NCBI GenBank assembly: GCA_044356395.1
Contig: JBIKWI010000002.1
Location: 1,357 to 65,356 of the forward strand
Source: Tagaea sp.
GTDB taxonomy: Bacteria; Pseudomonadota; Alphaproteobacteria; CACIAM-22H2
Reading direction: 5' to 3'
Length of the DNA stretch: 64,000 bases
Below, one piece after another: positions 38,159 through 48,422 of this stretch (position 1 is its first letter; every line of letters starts with the position of its first letter). Made by a program: the position numbers and the translations under genes. The notes below the pieces were generated by a model, which worked only from the letters and a program-made list of their open reading frames with translations, was not told where the DNA came from and did not search any database.

Positions 38159-38632
38159 ATGCCCAAGGTTTCCATGACCGTGAACGGCAAGAACGTGTCG
38201 GCCGAGGTCGAGAGCCGCACGCTGCTCGTGCAGATGCTGCGCGACAAGCTCGGAATGACCGGAACGCATGTGGGCTGCGACACCAGCCAGTGCGGGGCCT
38301 GCGTCGTCCATGTCGACGGCAAGTCGGTCAAGAGCTGCACGATGCTCGCGGTCCAGGCCGAAGGCGCCAAGATCACGACCATCGAGGGCCTCGCCACCGG
38401 CAACGACCTCCACCCCATGCAGGCCGCCTTCAAGGAGCATCACGGCCTGCAGTGCGGCTTCTGCACGCCGGGCATGGTGATGAGCGCCATCGAGCTGGCC
38501 AAGCACAATCCGGACCCCAGCGAGCACGACGTGCGCGAATGGCTCGAAGGCAACATCTGCCGCTGCACGGGCTACCACAACATCGTGAAGTCGGTTCAGG
38601 CCGGCGCCAAGGCGATGGCGGCCGCAAAGTAA
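38159..38632 (+). CDS. coxS: (2Fe-2S)-binding small subunit of a molybdenum hydroxylase (CoxS)
   Basis: Two Fe-S cysteine motifs ([15 protein letters not shown] and [15 protein letters not shown]...CRCTGY); RBS GAAGGGGAGA upstream. Confidence 0.85.
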   Translation: MPKVSMTVNGKNVSAEVESRTLLVQMLRDKLGMTGTHVGCDTSQCGACVVHVDGKSVKSCTMLAVQAEGAKITTIEGLATGNDLHPMQAAFKEHHGLQCGFCTPGMVMSAIELAKHNPDPSEHDVREWLEGNICRCTGYHNIVKSVQAGAKAMAAAK

Positions 38633-38675
38633 GCACAATCGCGAAAACGCGAAACGCTTTACGGGAGGAATTACC

Positions 38676-41057
38676 ATGGCAGTCGACGGGATCGGCGCTC
38701 CGGTTCGCCGCAAGGAAGACTTCAGGTTCCTGACGGGTCGCGGCAACTACACCGACGACATCGACCGCCCGAACCAGACCCACGTCTACATCCTGCGTTC
38801 GCAGAGCGCGCACGCGAAGCTCGGCAAGATCGACACGTCGAAGGCGTCGAAGGCGCCCGGCGTGGTCGCCGTGTTCACCGGGGCCGATCTCGCGGCCGAC
38901 AACGTGGGCGGCCTGCCCTGCGGCTGGGGCATCAAGAACAAGGACGGCTCGCCGATGCACGAGCCGCCGCACCCCGTGCTGGCGCAAGGCAAGGTGCGCC
39001 ATGTCGGCGATCCCATCGCCGCCGTGATCGCCGAGACGCTCGAGCAGGCCAAGGATGCGGCCGAGCTGATCAAGGTCGAGCTTTCCGAACTGCCCGCGAT
39101 CTCGCAGGTGCGCGACGCGATCAAGCCCGGTGCCCCCGTCGTCAACGACGGCGGCCCCAACGGCAACATCAGCTTCGACTGGCATATCGGCGATGCCGAC
39201 GCGGTCGCCGCCGCCTTCAAGAAGGCGCACAAGGTCGCGAAGATCGACCTCGTCAACAACCGCCTGATTGCCAACGCGATGGAGCCGCGCGCGGCCATCG
39301 GCGAGTTCGACCGCGCCACGGGCGACTACACGCTCTTCACCACCAGCCAGAACCCGCACGTGATCCGCCTGCTGATGGGCGCCTTCGTGCTGCACATCCC
39401 GGAGAGCAAGCTTCGCGTGTTCGCGCCCGACGTTGGCGGCGGATTCGGCTCGAAGATCTACCACTATGCCGAGGAAGCGCTCGTCACCTGGGCGGCGGCC
39501 AAGGTCGGCCGGCCGGTAAAGTGGACCGCCGAACGCAGCGAATCGTTCCTGTCCGACGCGCATGGCCGCGACCATGTGAGCCACGCCGAACTCGCCCTCG
39601 ACAAGGACGGCAAGTTCCTGGCGCTCAAGGTCTCGACGCTTTCGAACATGGGTGCGTATCTCTCGACCTTCGCGCCCGCGATCCCCACCTATCTCTACGC
39701 CACGCTGCTCGCGGGCGTGTACACCACGCCGGCCATCTATGCGGAAGTGAAGGCGATCTTCACCAACACCGTGCCCGTCGACGCCTATCGCGGGGCCGGC
39801 CGCCCCGAGGCGGCGTTCCTGATCGAGCGCCTCGTCGACATCGCGGCGGCCGAGATGGGGATGGACCGCGTCGAGATCCGCAAGCGCAACTTCATTCCGA
39901 CCGACGCGTTCCCCTACCAGACGCCGGTCGCCCTGCAGTACGACAGCGGCGACTATTTCGCCACGCTCGACGGTGCCATGAAGCTCTCGGACTATTCGGG
40001 CTTCGAGGCGCGCCGGGCGGAAGCCAAGAAGCGCGGCAAGCTGCGCGGCATCGGCATCTCGACCTATGTGGAAGCGTGCGGCATCGCGCCGTCCAACATC
40101 GCGGGCGCACTGGGTGCGCGCGCGGGCCTGTTCGAATGCGCGCAGGTGCGCGTCCATCCGACCGGATCGGTGACACTCTTCACCGGCTGCCACAGCCACG
40201 GCCAGGGCCACGAGACGACCTACGCCCAGCTCATCGCCGAGCGGCTCGGGATCGACATCGGCCAGATCGAGGTCGTCCACGGCGACACCGACAAGATCCC
40301 GTTCGGCATGGGCACCTACGGCTCGCGTTCGCTCGCGGTCGGCGGGACGGCGGTGGTCAAGGCGCTCGACAAGATCGTCGACAAGGCCAAGAAGATCGCC
40401 GCCCACCTGATGGAAGCCGCCGAGGCCGACATCGAGTTCAAGGACGGCAAGTTCTCGGTCGCCGGCACGGACAAGTCCAAGGCGTTCGGCGAGATAGCAC
40501 TCACGGCCTACGTGCCCCACAATTTCCCGCTCGAAACGCTCGAGCCCGGCCTCGACGAGACGGCGTTCTACGATCCGAAGAACTTCACCTTCCCCGGCGG
40601 GGCGCACATCTGCGAGGTCGAGATCGATCCGGACACCGGCGTCACGAAGGTCGTCAATTTCACCGCCGTCGACGACGTGGGCCGTGTCATCAACCCGATG
40701 ATCGTCGAAGGCCAGGTCCATGGCGGCGTGGCGCAGGGCATCGGCCAGGCGCTGCTCGAGAACTGCAACTACGACGACGTGGGCCAGCTGCGCTCGGGCT
40801 CGTACATGGACTACACGATGCCGCGCGCGGACGACCTGCCCTCGTTCAAGGTCGCCACGTCGGTCACGCTGTGCACGCACAATCCTCTTGGCGTCAAAGG
40901 TGTCGGCGAAGTCGGCGCCATCGGCTCGCCGCCGGCGGTCATCAACGCGGTCGTCGACGCGCTGAAGGACTACGGCGTGCGCCACATCGACATGCCCGCC
41001 ACGCCCCAGAAGGTCTGGGCGATCTGCAATTCCGGCAGCCGCATGGCCGCCGAGTAA
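38676..41057 (+). CDS. coxL: molybdopterin-binding large subunit, form II CO-dehydrogenase-like (CoxL)
   Basis: 793 aa in the xanthine dehydrogenase family. Active-site-loop motif AYRGAGR ([16 protein letters not shown]) is the form II signature, as opposed to AYRCSFR in form I. Confidence 0.8.
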   Translation: MAVDGIGAPVRRKEDFRFLTGRGNYTDDIDRPNQTHVYILRSQSAHAKLGKIDTSKASKAPGVVAVFTGADLAADNVGGLPCGWGIKNKDGSPMHEPPHPVLAQGKVRHVGDPIAAVIAETLEQAKDAAELIKVELSELPAISQVRDAIKPGAPVVNDGGPNGNISFDWHIGDADAVAAAFKKAHKVAKIDLVNNRLIANAMEPRAAIGEFDRATGDYTLFTTSQNPHVIRLLMGAFVLHIPESKLRVFAPDVGGGFGSKIYHYAEEALVTWAAAKVGRPVKWTAERSESFLSDAHGRDHVSHAELALDKDGKFLALKVSTLSNMGAYLSTFAPAIPTYLYATLLAGVYTTPAIYAEVKAIFTNTVPVDAYRGAGRPEAAFLIERLVDIAAAEMGMDRVEIRKRNFIPTDAFPYQTPVALQYDSGDYFATLDGAMKLSDYSGFEARRAEAKKRGKLRGIGISTYVEACGIAPSNIAGALGARAGLFECAQVRVHPTGSVTLFTGCHSHGQGHETTYAQLIAERLGIDIGQIEVVHGDTDKIPFGMGTYGSRSLAVGGTAVVKALDKIVDKAKKIAAHLMEAAEADIEFKDGKFSVAGTDKSKAFGEIALTAYVPHNFPLETLEPGLDETAFYDPKNFTFPGGAHICEVEIDPDTGVTKVVNFTAVDDVGRVINPMIVEGQVHGGVAQGIGQALLENCNYDDVGQLRSGSYMDYTMPRADDLPSFKVATSVTLCTHNPLGVKGVGEVGAIGSPPAVINAVVDALKDYGVRHIDMPATPQKVWAICNSGSRMAAE

Positions 41058-41077
41058 TCCGAGCACGGAGAAACCCC

Positions 41078-41872
41078 ATGTACGATTTCGCCTATCACAA
41101 GCCCGCTTCCGTCGCCGACGCCGTCAAGCTGCTCGGGGCCGACGGCGACGCCAAGGCGATGGCCGGCGGCCAGACGCTGATCCCGACGCTCAAGCAGCGT
41201 CTCGCCAGGCCCAGCGCCGTCGTCGACCTGTCGGCGATCAAGGACCTCACGGGCATCTCCGTGTCGGGCGGCAAGGTCACGATCGGCGCGATGACGCGCC
41301 ACGTCGACGTCGCGAGCTCGGCCGACGTGAAGAAGGCCCTGCCCGCCCTCGCCGCCCTCGCCGACGGGATCGGCGATCCGCAGGTGCGCAACCGCGGCAC
41401 GATCGGCGGCTCCATCGCCAACAACGATCCGGCGGCCGACTATCCGGCGGCGTGCCTTGCCCTCGGCGCCACGATCAAGACGGACAAGCGCGAGATCCCC
41501 GCCGACGAGTTCTTCAAGGGCATGTTCGAGACCGCCCTCAAGCCCGGCGAGCTGATCGTGTCGGTGAGCTTCCCGGTGGCCGAGAAGGCCGCCTACATGA
41601 AGTTCGGCCAGCCCGCCTCGCGCTACGCGCTGGTCGGCGTGTTCGTCGCCAAGGGCCCGGCCGGAGCCCGCGTCGCCGTCACCGGTGCGGCCGCAGCCGT
41701 GTTCCGCTGGAAGGAAGCCGAAGCCGCACTCGCCAAGTCGTGGTCGGCGTCGGCGATCGAGGGGCTGAAGGTCCAGGCCTCCGGTCTCAACGGCGACATC
41801 CACGCGGGGCCGGAATATCGCGCCCACCTGATCGGCGTGATGGCAAAGCGGGCGCTGGCCGCCGCCGGCTGA
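41078..41872 (+). CDS. coxM: FAD-binding medium subunit (CoxM)
   Basis: 264 aa; FAD-binding PCMH fold (AGGQTLIPTLKQRLARPSAVVDL, RNRGTIGGSIANNDPAADYP). Confidence 0.8.
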   Translation: MYDFAYHKPASVADAVKLLGADGDAKAMAGGQTLIPTLKQRLARPSAVVDLSAIKDLTGISVSGGKVTIGAMTRHVDVASSADVKKALPALAALADGIGDPQVRNRGTIGGSIANNDPAADYPAACLALGATIKTDKREIPADEFFKGMFETALKPGELIVSVSFPVAEKAAYMKFGQPASRYALVGVFVAKGPAGARVAVTGAAAAVFRWKEAEAALAKSWSASAIEGLKVQASGLNGDIHAGPEYRAHLIGVMAKRALAAAG

Positions 41873-41879
41873 CGCGGCG

Positions 41880-42701
41880 TCAGCGCAGGAAGCCCAGGAT
41901 CGCCTGCGGATCTGAATTGGCGATCGACAGCGCCTGCACCCCGAGCTGCTTCTTGACCTGAAGCGCCTGCGAGGCGGCTGCCGCCTTGCCGAGATCAGCG
42001 TCGACGAGCGCGCCGAGGCCCAGCGTCGACGCATCGGACATGTTCGCGACGAACTGGCCCTGCAGGCGCAGCGTGCGCGTGTCCGAAGCGTTCTGCGCCA
42101 GCGAGGTCGCGACGACCTGCGCGAACGTCGCGAGGCAGCCCAGCCCGATCACGGCAAGCGAAGCCGTCGTGAAGTAGTCGGTCCCGACCAGCGTCGTATG
42201 GTAGGCCCCGACGCTCGACTGCGCCGACATCGTGATCGACGATGCGTCGGCATCGGCGAGAAACGTCTTCGAGGTCGAGGCGAGCGACAGCAGGTTGGCG
42301 CCGTTGTAGTTCGCCTGCGCGATGAAATTGCCGAGCTGGCCTTCCATCGCGATGACATCGGCGGTGTAGATGCTGCGCTGGGAAGCGCTGATCGAGCCGT
42401 CGGCAAGCTGGGTCACTTTCGCCTGCATGTTGTTGAGCAGGTTCGAGATGCCCGTCAGCGCCGACTGCGTGACCCCGCCGAGCCCCACCCCGTTGGCAAG
42501 CGAGGCCTGCACGGCCTGGAAGGCCTGGAGGTTGCCGCGAATGCCCTGGGCCACCGAGAAGACCGAGGCGTCGTCGCGCGCATCCGCGACGCGGTACCCG
42601 GTCTGGACCCGTTTCTCGGCATCGCCGAGCACGGCATCCGTCGTGCGCAGCGAAGCCAGGGCGGCGATCGCGCCGATGTTGGTGTTGACGGAGTTCGACA
42701 T
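41880..42701 (-). CDS. fliC: flagellin (short alphaproteobacterial type, 273 aa)
   Basis: Conserved flagellin N-terminus MSNSVNTNIGAIAALASLRTT...AQGIRGNL and C-terminus QALSIANSDPQAILGFLR. Start at internal ATG 42701. Confidence 0.8.
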   Translation of the reverse strand: MSNSVNTNIGAIAALASLRTTDAVLGDAEKRVQTGYRVADARDDASVFSVAQGIRGNLQAFQAVQASLANGVGLGGVTQSALTGISNLLNNMQAKVTQLADGSISASQRSIYTADVIAMEGQLGNFIAQANYNGANLLSLASTSKTFLADADASSITMSAQSSVGAYHTTLVGTDYFTTASLAVIGLGCLATFAQVVATSLAQNASDTRTLRLQGQFVANMSDASTLGLGALVDADLGKAAAASQALQVKKQLGVQALSIANSDPQAILGFLR

Positions 42702-42741
42702 GGGGGATGCCGTCCTCGAATCGGTGGGAAATAGATTATTA

Positions 42742-43617
42742 CTATCTACGATATGCCGCCGGTCGATCAAGTGCCGAGGCGAGGAAGTCCGAGATGTCGT
42801 CCATCATCCGGAGATCGCCCGCGAAGTTCGTGGTCAGGCCGAGCATGATGTCGGCATGGCCGGTCGCGGGATAGAGGATGTCGCGCGCCTTCCCGCCGCC
42901 CGCGCGGATCGCGGCGGCGAGTGCGGCCGACTGGCGCGACGAAACCACCACGTCGGTCTCGCCGTGCAGCAGCAGGAAGGGCGGAAGATCGCGCGTCGGC
43001 CCGGCTTTCGCGAGGGCGAGCGGCTGCGTCGCCGCATTGTCGGCGACATGGCCGAAGGCGGCCAGCAGGGCGCGCCCCCGCTTGGGATCGAAATCGGCGG
43101 GGCCGGAGATCGCGACGACGCCCGCGATGCGCGCCGGCGGCACCTTGCGCCCCAGCACCGCCATCGTCGCGTTGTAGGCCCCGGCCGAGTGGCCGATCAG
43201 CAGCACGCGCGCATCCTTGCCGCCGTGGTGCCGGACATTGGCCAGCGTCCAGTCGACGGCTGCGGCCGCATCGTCGACGAATTCGGGGAAGCGGACCGAC
43301 GGGGTGAGCCGATAGTCGGGCAGCACCACGACGAAACCGCGGCGCACCAGCGCTTCGGCCACGAACCGGTACTGCGCCTTGCTGCCCGACGCCCACGACC
43401 CGCCGTACCAGAAGATCGCGACGGGCGCGCCCGAAGCCCCTTCCGGCGCGTAGACGTCCAGCTTCTGGCGCGGATCGGGACCGTAGGCGATGTCCCGGCT
43501 CGCCACGTAGCCGTCGGTCGGCGTGAGCGCGTCGAGCAGCCCGAGCCCCGAGCACGCGGACAGGAAGGCGGCGCACAGCGCCGCAAACGCCACCCTTCCG
43601 AAAGCCCGTACGGTCAT
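42742..43617 (-). CDS. alpha/beta-hydrolase (esterase/lipase fold-3) lipoprotein
   Basis: Lipobox FLSAC, oxyanion-hole/nucleophile motifs (GGSWASG, GHSAGAY); 291 aa. Confidence 0.75.
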   Translation of the reverse strand: MTVRAFGRVAFAALCAAFLSACSGLGLLDALTPTDGYVASRDIAYGPDPRQKLDVYAPEGASGAPVAIFWYGGSWASGSKAQYRFVAEALVRRGFVVVLPDYRLTPSVRFPEFVDDAAAAVDWTLANVRHHGGKDARVLLIGHSAGAYNATMAVLGRKVPPARIAGVVAISGPADFDPKRGRALLAAFGHVADNAATQPLALAKAGPTRDLPPFLLLHGETDVVVSSRQSAALAAAIRAGGGKARDILYPATGHADIMLGLTTNFAGDLRMMDDISDFLASALDRPAAYRR

Positions 43618-43668
43618 GCCATTCTGTTCCTTCGTTCCTGATACGATCCCTGACCCCAAGAAGATCAC

Positions 43669-44583
43669 ATGAATCCGAAGCCGACCCTGCCGGCAAGCGT
43701 CGATGCCACGCTCGCCCTGCTCGCCGAACATCGCTATATCGCCGACCGGAGCCTCGCGACGGCGCTCTATCTGTCGCTGAAGCTGGGAAGACCGCTGTTC
43801 CTGGAGGGCGAGCCGGGCACCGGCAAGACCGAGATCGCCAAGGTCCTGGCCGCCGCCCTCGGCCGGCGCCTCATCCGCCTGCAGTGCTACGAGGGGCTCG
43901 ACGCGAGCACGGCCGTCTATGAGTGGAACTACCCACGCCAGATGATGGAGATCCGGCTGGCGGAAGCGGCCGGAACCAGCCGCCAGACTCTCGACGAGGC
44001 GATCTTCTCCGAGCGCTTCCTGATCCGCCGCCCGCTGCTCGAAGCGCTGTCGCCCGATCCCGCCGGCCCGCCGGTCCTGCTGATCGACGAGCTCGACCGC
44101 GCGGACGAGCCGTTCGAGGCCTATCTGCTGGAAGTGCTCGGCGACTGGCAGGTGACGATCCCGGAGCTGGGCACGATCAAGGCCCCCGCCCCGCCGCTCG
44201 CCATCGTCACGTCCAACCGCACGCGCGAGGTCCACGACGCGCTCAAGCGCCGCTGCTTCTACGCCTGGGTCGATTTTCCGACCGCCGAGCGCGAACTCGC
44301 CATCGTGCGCACCAAGTGCCCGGGCGTGGGCGAAGCGCTGTCGGCGCAGGTCGTCGCGTTCGTGCAGAAGCTGCGCGGCGAGGAACTGTTCAAGCTGCCG
44401 GGCGTGGCCGAAACGCTCGACTGGACCAACGCGCTCGTGGCGCTGGACCGCATCGCCCTCGACCCCGCCACGATCGACGACACGCTGGGCGCGTTGCTCA
44501 AGTATCAGGACGACATCGCCAAGATCCGCGGCACGACGGCCCTGAAACTCCTCAAAGAGGTGGAGGCCGGAGCCGGCGCATGA
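43669..44583 (+). CDS. coxD: MoxR-type AAA+ ATPase CoxD (CODH maturation)
   Basis: Walker A GEPGTGKTE, Walker B LLIDELDRAD; 304 aa. Confidence 0.8.
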   Translation: MNPKPTLPASVDATLALLAEHRYIADRSLATALYLSLKLGRPLFLEGEPGTGKTEIAKVLAAALGRRLIRLQCYEGLDASTAVYEWNYPRQMMEIRLAEAAGTSRQTLDEAIFSERFLIRRPLLEALSPDPAGPPVLLIDELDRADEPFEAYLLEVLGDWQVTIPELGTIKAPAPPLAIVTSNRTREVHDALKRRCFYAWVDFPTAERELAIVRTKCPGVGEALSAQVVAFVQKLRGEELFKLPGVAETLDWTNALVALDRIALDPATIDDTLGALLKYQDDIAKIRGTTALKLLKEVEAGAGA

Positions 44584-45791
44584 GCGAGGCGGGAACGCTG
44601 CTGGAAAACGTCGTGCGCTTCACGCGCCTGTTGCGCGCCGCCGGCCTGCCGGTCGGGCCGGGCCGCGGGATCGAGGCGGCGCGCGCGGTCGAGGCGGCGG
44701 GTCTTTCGCGCAAGGTCGACCTCTACTGGGCACTGCACGCCACGCTGGTCAACCGGCGCGAACAGCACGAGATCTTCGACCAGGCGTTCCGGCTGTTCTG
44801 GCGCGATCCCAAGCTGCTCGAACGCGCGATGGGCATGCTGCTACCCAGTGCGGTCGACCCCGATGCGGACGAGCCCAAGGACCCGACGCTGCGCCGCGTG
44901 GCCGAAGCCTTCCACCGCCCGCCGCCCGCCGGCAGCGACGGCACGCCGGAAGACCGCACCGACTTCGACGCCGCGATGACGTGGTCGGACAGCGAGCTTC
45001 TGCAGAAAAAGGATTTCGAGCAGATGAGCGCGGAGGAGATGGCCGCCGCCACGCGCGCCCTGCGGCACTTCGCGGCCCCCTTCCCCGAGCGCGCGACACG
45101 CCGCTTCCGCATCGGCACCGGCGGAAGGCGGCTCGATCCGCGCGCAACGATGCGCGCGATGCTGCGCTCGGGCGGCGATCTCGTGCATCTGCGCTTCAAG
45201 GAGCGGCGCACCGAGCACCCGCCGCTGGTCGTGCTGCTCGACATCTCCGGCTCGATGGAACGCTATGCGCGAGTCTTCCTGCATTTCGTCCATCTGCTGG
45301 TCAACGACCGCGAGCGCGTCCACGTCTTCCTGTTCGGCACGCGGCTGACCAACGTGACGCGCGCACTGCGCCGCAAGGACATCGACCTTGCGCTGGCGAA
45401 AGTGAGCGAACTGGTCGACGACTGGTCCGGCGGGACGCGCATCGGTGCGTGCCTGCACGAGTTCAACTGGCACTGGAGCCGGCGCGTGCTGGCGCGCAGC
45501 CCGACGGTGCTGCTGGTCACCGACGGGCTCGACCGCGAGGGCGGCCAGGGACTGTCGCGCGAGGTCGAGCGGCTCGCCAAGTCTTCCGGGCGTCTGGTAT
45601 GGCTCAACCCGCTCTTGCGCTTCAGCGGATTCCAGCCCAAATCATTGGGCGTGCGGGCCATCCTGCCGCATGTCGACGAGTTCCGCCCGGTGCACAACCT
45701 CGCCAGCCTCGCGGGCCTCGTCGAGGCGCTCGCGGCCCCGCCGGGTCCGCGGCGCACGGGCCGCTTCGAATGGAAGGGAATGGCCGCATGA
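44580..45791 (+). CDS. coxE: VWA-domain protein CoxE
   Basis: 403 aa; VWA MIDAS (DISGSM...FGTRLT...TDGLDREG). ATGA overlap with coxD. Confidence 0.75.
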   Translation: MSEAGTLLENVVRFTRLLRAAGLPVGPGRGIEAARAVEAAGLSRKVDLYWALHATLVNRREQHEIFDQAFRLFWRDPKLLERAMGMLLPSAVDPDADEPKDPTLRRVAEAFHRPPPAGSDGTPEDRTDFDAAMTWSDSELLQKKDFEQMSAEEMAAATRALRHFAAPFPERATRRFRIGTGGRRLDPRATMRAMLRSGGDLVHLRFKERRTEHPPLVVLLDISGSMERYARVFLHFVHLLVNDRERVHVFLFGTRLTNVTRALRRKDIDLALAKVSELVDDWSGGTRIGACLHEFNWHWSRRVLARSPTVLLVTDGLDREGGQGLSREVERLAKSSGRLVWLNPLLRFSGFQPKSLGVRAILPHVDEFRPVHNLASLAGLVEALAAPPGPRRTGRFEWKGMAA

Positions 45792-46102
45792 GCGACGATG
45801 TCCTCGATCAGGCCGCCGGCTGGCGCCGGGAAGGTCGCAAGGTCGCCCTCGCCACCGTCGTCACCACATGGGGTTCCTCCCCGCGACCGGTGGGCTCGCA
45901 GCTTGCCGTCGACGGTACGGGCAAGTTCGTCGGCTCGGTGTCCGGCGGCTGCATCGAAGGAGCAGTCATCAAGGAAGCGCTCGACGCCATCGGCACCGGG
46001 CGGCCGCGGCTGCTCGATTTCGGCGTGACGAACGAGCAGGCCTGGGACGTGGGCCTCGCGTGCGGCGGCAAGGTGCAGGTCTATGTCGAGAGGCTCGACT
46101 AG
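45788..46102 (+). CDS. xdhC: XdhC/CoxF-family accessory protein, N-terminal domain only (104 aa)
   Basis: XdhC_CoxI N-domain sequence (ALATVVTTWGSSPRPVGSQLAVDGTGKFVGSVSGGCIEGA). Ends at an in-frame TAG, in the same frame as the next ORF. Confidence 0.65.
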   Translation: MSDDVLDQAAGWRREGRKVALATVVTTWGSSPRPVGSQLAVDGTGKFVGSVSGGCIEGAVIKEALDAIGTGRPRLLDFGVTNEQAWDVGLACGGKVQVYVERLD

Positions 46103-46105
46103 GCC

Positions 46106-46798
46106 ATGAAGCCGGAAATCCTCGAATCGCTCCAGAAGGCGCGTGCCGCCAAGCGGCCGGTGGCCCTCGCCACGAACCTGAAATCGGGCGAACAGAAGCT
46201 GATCTTCGAGACCGAGAGCGAGGGGCCGCTGTGCCTCGACGTGGACATGCTGGCGGGCGCCGCCGACATGCTGAAGCGCGACGAGAGCGGCACGCTCCAG
46301 ACCGGGGCCGGCCCGGTCTTCATCCATGCCTTCAATCCGCCGCCGCGCCTGATCGTCGTGGGGGCCGTGCACATTGCCGATCCGCTGGCGCGCATCGCCA
46401 CGCTTGCCGGCTACGGCACCACGCTCGTCGATCCGCGCCGCGCCTTCGCGGGCTCCCAGAAATTCGAAGGCTACGAGATCTCGACCGCCTGGCCGGACGA
46501 GGCGATGGCGGTCCTGAAGCCCGACGTGCGCACGGCGATCGTAACGCTGACGCACGATCCCAAGATCGACGATCCCGCACTCGAAGCGGCCCTCAACTCG
46601 CCCGCGTTCTATGTGGGCGCACTCGGTTCGCGCAAGACGCATGCCGCGCGCCTCGAGCGGCTGAAGGAACGCGGATTCACCGAGGCCCAGCTCGCGCGCA
46701 TCCGCGGGCCCGTCGGGCTTGCCATCGGCGCCCTGTCGCCGGCCGAGATCGCCGTGTCGATCGTCGCCGAGATCACCAAGATCCGTCGCGGGGAATGA
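46106..46798 (+). CDS. xdhC: XdhC/CoxF-family accessory protein, C-terminal Rossmann-like domain (230 aa)
   Basis: XdhC_C-like (PRLIVVGAVHIADPLARIATLAGYGTTLVDPR...FYVGALGSRKTHAARL); begins 1 codon after the TAG of the preceding ORF in the same frame. Confidence 0.65.
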   Translation: MKPEILESLQKARAAKRPVALATNLKSGEQKLIFETESEGPLCLDVDMLAGAADMLKRDESGTLQTGAGPVFIHAFNPPPRLIVVGAVHIADPLARIATLAGYGTTLVDPRRAFAGSQKFEGYEISTAWPDEAMAVLKPDVRTAIVTLTHDPKIDDPALEAALNSPAFYVGALGSRKTHAARLERLKERGFTEAQLARIRGPVGLAIGALSPAEIAVSIVAEITKIRRGE

Positions 46799-46802
46799 CG
46801 CG

Positions 46803-48422
46803 ATGCGTTTCGGCCCCACCCGCATCGACGAGGTCGAAGGGGCGATCCTCGCGCACGGGCTGAAGCTGCCCGGCATCGCCTTTCGCAAGGGCCGCGTGCT
46901 GTCGGCCGAAGACGTCGCGGCCCTTCGCGCCGCCGGGATCGGCGAGGTGGTCGCCGCCCGTCTGGAAGCCGACGACGTACCGGAGAACGAGGCGGCCCAC
47001 GCGCTCGCCAAGGCGATCGGCGGCGAAGGCGTGGATGTGGCTGCCCCGTTCACCGGGCGGTGCAACCTGTTCGCGCGGGCGGGCGGTCTCTCGCGCATCG
47101 ATGCGGCCCTCGTGGCGGCCCTCAATTCGGTCGACGAGGCGATCACCGTCGCCACGCTCGACGACTTCGCGCCCGTGCCTGCGCGTGGCATGCTGGCGAC
47201 CATCAAGATCATCCCGTTCGCGGCCCCGCGTGCCGCCTTGCGCAAGTGCCTGGCGCTGGCCGCGGCGTCGAAGGCCGTGTCGCTCGCCCCCTATTGCGCA
47301 CGGCGCGCGGCCCTCCTCCAGACCACGCTGCCCGGCCTGAAACCCTCGATCCTCGAGAACACCGAGGCCGCGACCCGCGCGCGGCTTGCCGCACTGGGCG
47401 GCGAACTTGCGGTCGCGAAGACCTGCGATCATGCGGTGGGTGCCGTGGCGGCGCGCCTGCGCGAACTTGCCGGACAGGGCTTCGATCCGATCCTCGTCCT
47501 GGGCGCTTCGGCCGTCGTCGACCGGCGCGACGTGATCCCGGCCGCGATCGAGGCGGCGGGCGGGAAGATCGAACGTTTCGGCATGCCGGTCGATCCCGGC
47601 AATCTCCTGCTCCTCGCTTCCATCGGCACGCAGCGCGTGATCGGCCTGCCGGGCTGCGCGCGTTCGCCCAAGCTGAACGGGTTCGACTGGATCCTGCAGC
47701 GCCATGCCGCCGGCATCGCCGTCGACGGCGCGGCCGTCGCTTCGCTCGGCGTCGGCGGGCTTCTGGCCGAAATCCCGCGCCCGGCACCGCGCGCCGGCAC
47801 GGCGGCGCCCACGGCACCGCGCATCTGCGCGATCGTGCTGGCGGCCGGGAAGTCGTCGCGCATGGCGCCCGCCAACAAGCTGTTCGTCGAGATCGACGGG
47901 CTCAGCCTGCTCGACCGCGCGGTCGAGGCGGCGACGGGCTCCGCCTGCGTGGAAACGGTCGTGGTGATCGGCAACGAGGCGGCGCGCGCGCGCGCCGGCC
48001 TTGCCGGGCGCAAGGTGCGCATCGTCGAGAACCGGGATTTCGCGCAAGGCCTCGCCACGTCGCTGCGCGCGGGCCTCGGCGCCGTGTCCGCCGACTGCGA
48101 CGGCGTCGTCGTGCTGCTGGGCGACATGCCGCAGGTGACGGCAGCGCATGTCGACAGGCTCGTCGCGGCCTTCGCCCCGCACGAGGACCGCGCGATCTGC
48201 GTGGCCACGCACACCGGAAAGCGCGGCAATCCGGTCCTGTGGGCACGGCGCTTCTTCGACGAGATGATGGCGCTGGACGGCGACCAGGGGGCCCGCTCGC
48301 TGGTCCGGCGGCACGAGGACAAGGTCTGCGAGGTCGAGATGGACGACGACGCCGTCCTCGTCGACCTCGACACGCCCGAAGCGCTTGCCGCGTTCCGCGC
48401 GGCCCAGGAGAAGCGCGCATGA
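46803..48422 (+). CDS. molybdopterin-binding (MoCF-biosynthesis-like) domain fused to a MobA/MocA-like nucleotidyltransferase
   Basis: N-terminal MoeA/CinA-like molybdopterin-binding region and a C-terminal NTP-transferase domain (ICAIVLAAGKSSRMAPANKLFVEIDGLSLLD); 539 aa. Confidence 0.65.
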   Translation: MRFGPTRIDEVEGAILAHGLKLPGIAFRKGRVLSAEDVAALRAAGIGEVVAARLEADDVPENEAAHALAKAIGGEGVDVAAPFTGRCNLFARAGGLSRIDAALVAALNSVDEAITVATLDDFAPVPARGMLATIKIIPFAAPRAALRKCLALAAASKAVSLAPYCARRAALLQTTLPGLKPSILENTEAATRARLAALGGELAVAKTCDHAVGAVAARLRELAGQGFDPILVLGASAVVDRRDVIPAAIEAAGGKIERFGMPVDPGNLLLLASIGTQRVIGLPGCARSPKLNGFDWILQRHAAGIAVDGAAVASLGVGGLLAEIPRPAPRAGTAAPTAPRICAIVLAAGKSSRMAPANKLFVEIDGLSLLDRAVEAATGSACVETVVVIGNEAARARAGLAGRKVRIVENRDFAQGLATSLRAGLGAVSADCDGVVVLLGDMPQVTAAHVDRLVAAFAPHEDRAICVATHTGKRGNPVLWARRFFDEMMALDGDQGARSLVRRHEDKVCEVEMDDDAVLVDLDTPEALAAFRAAQEKRA

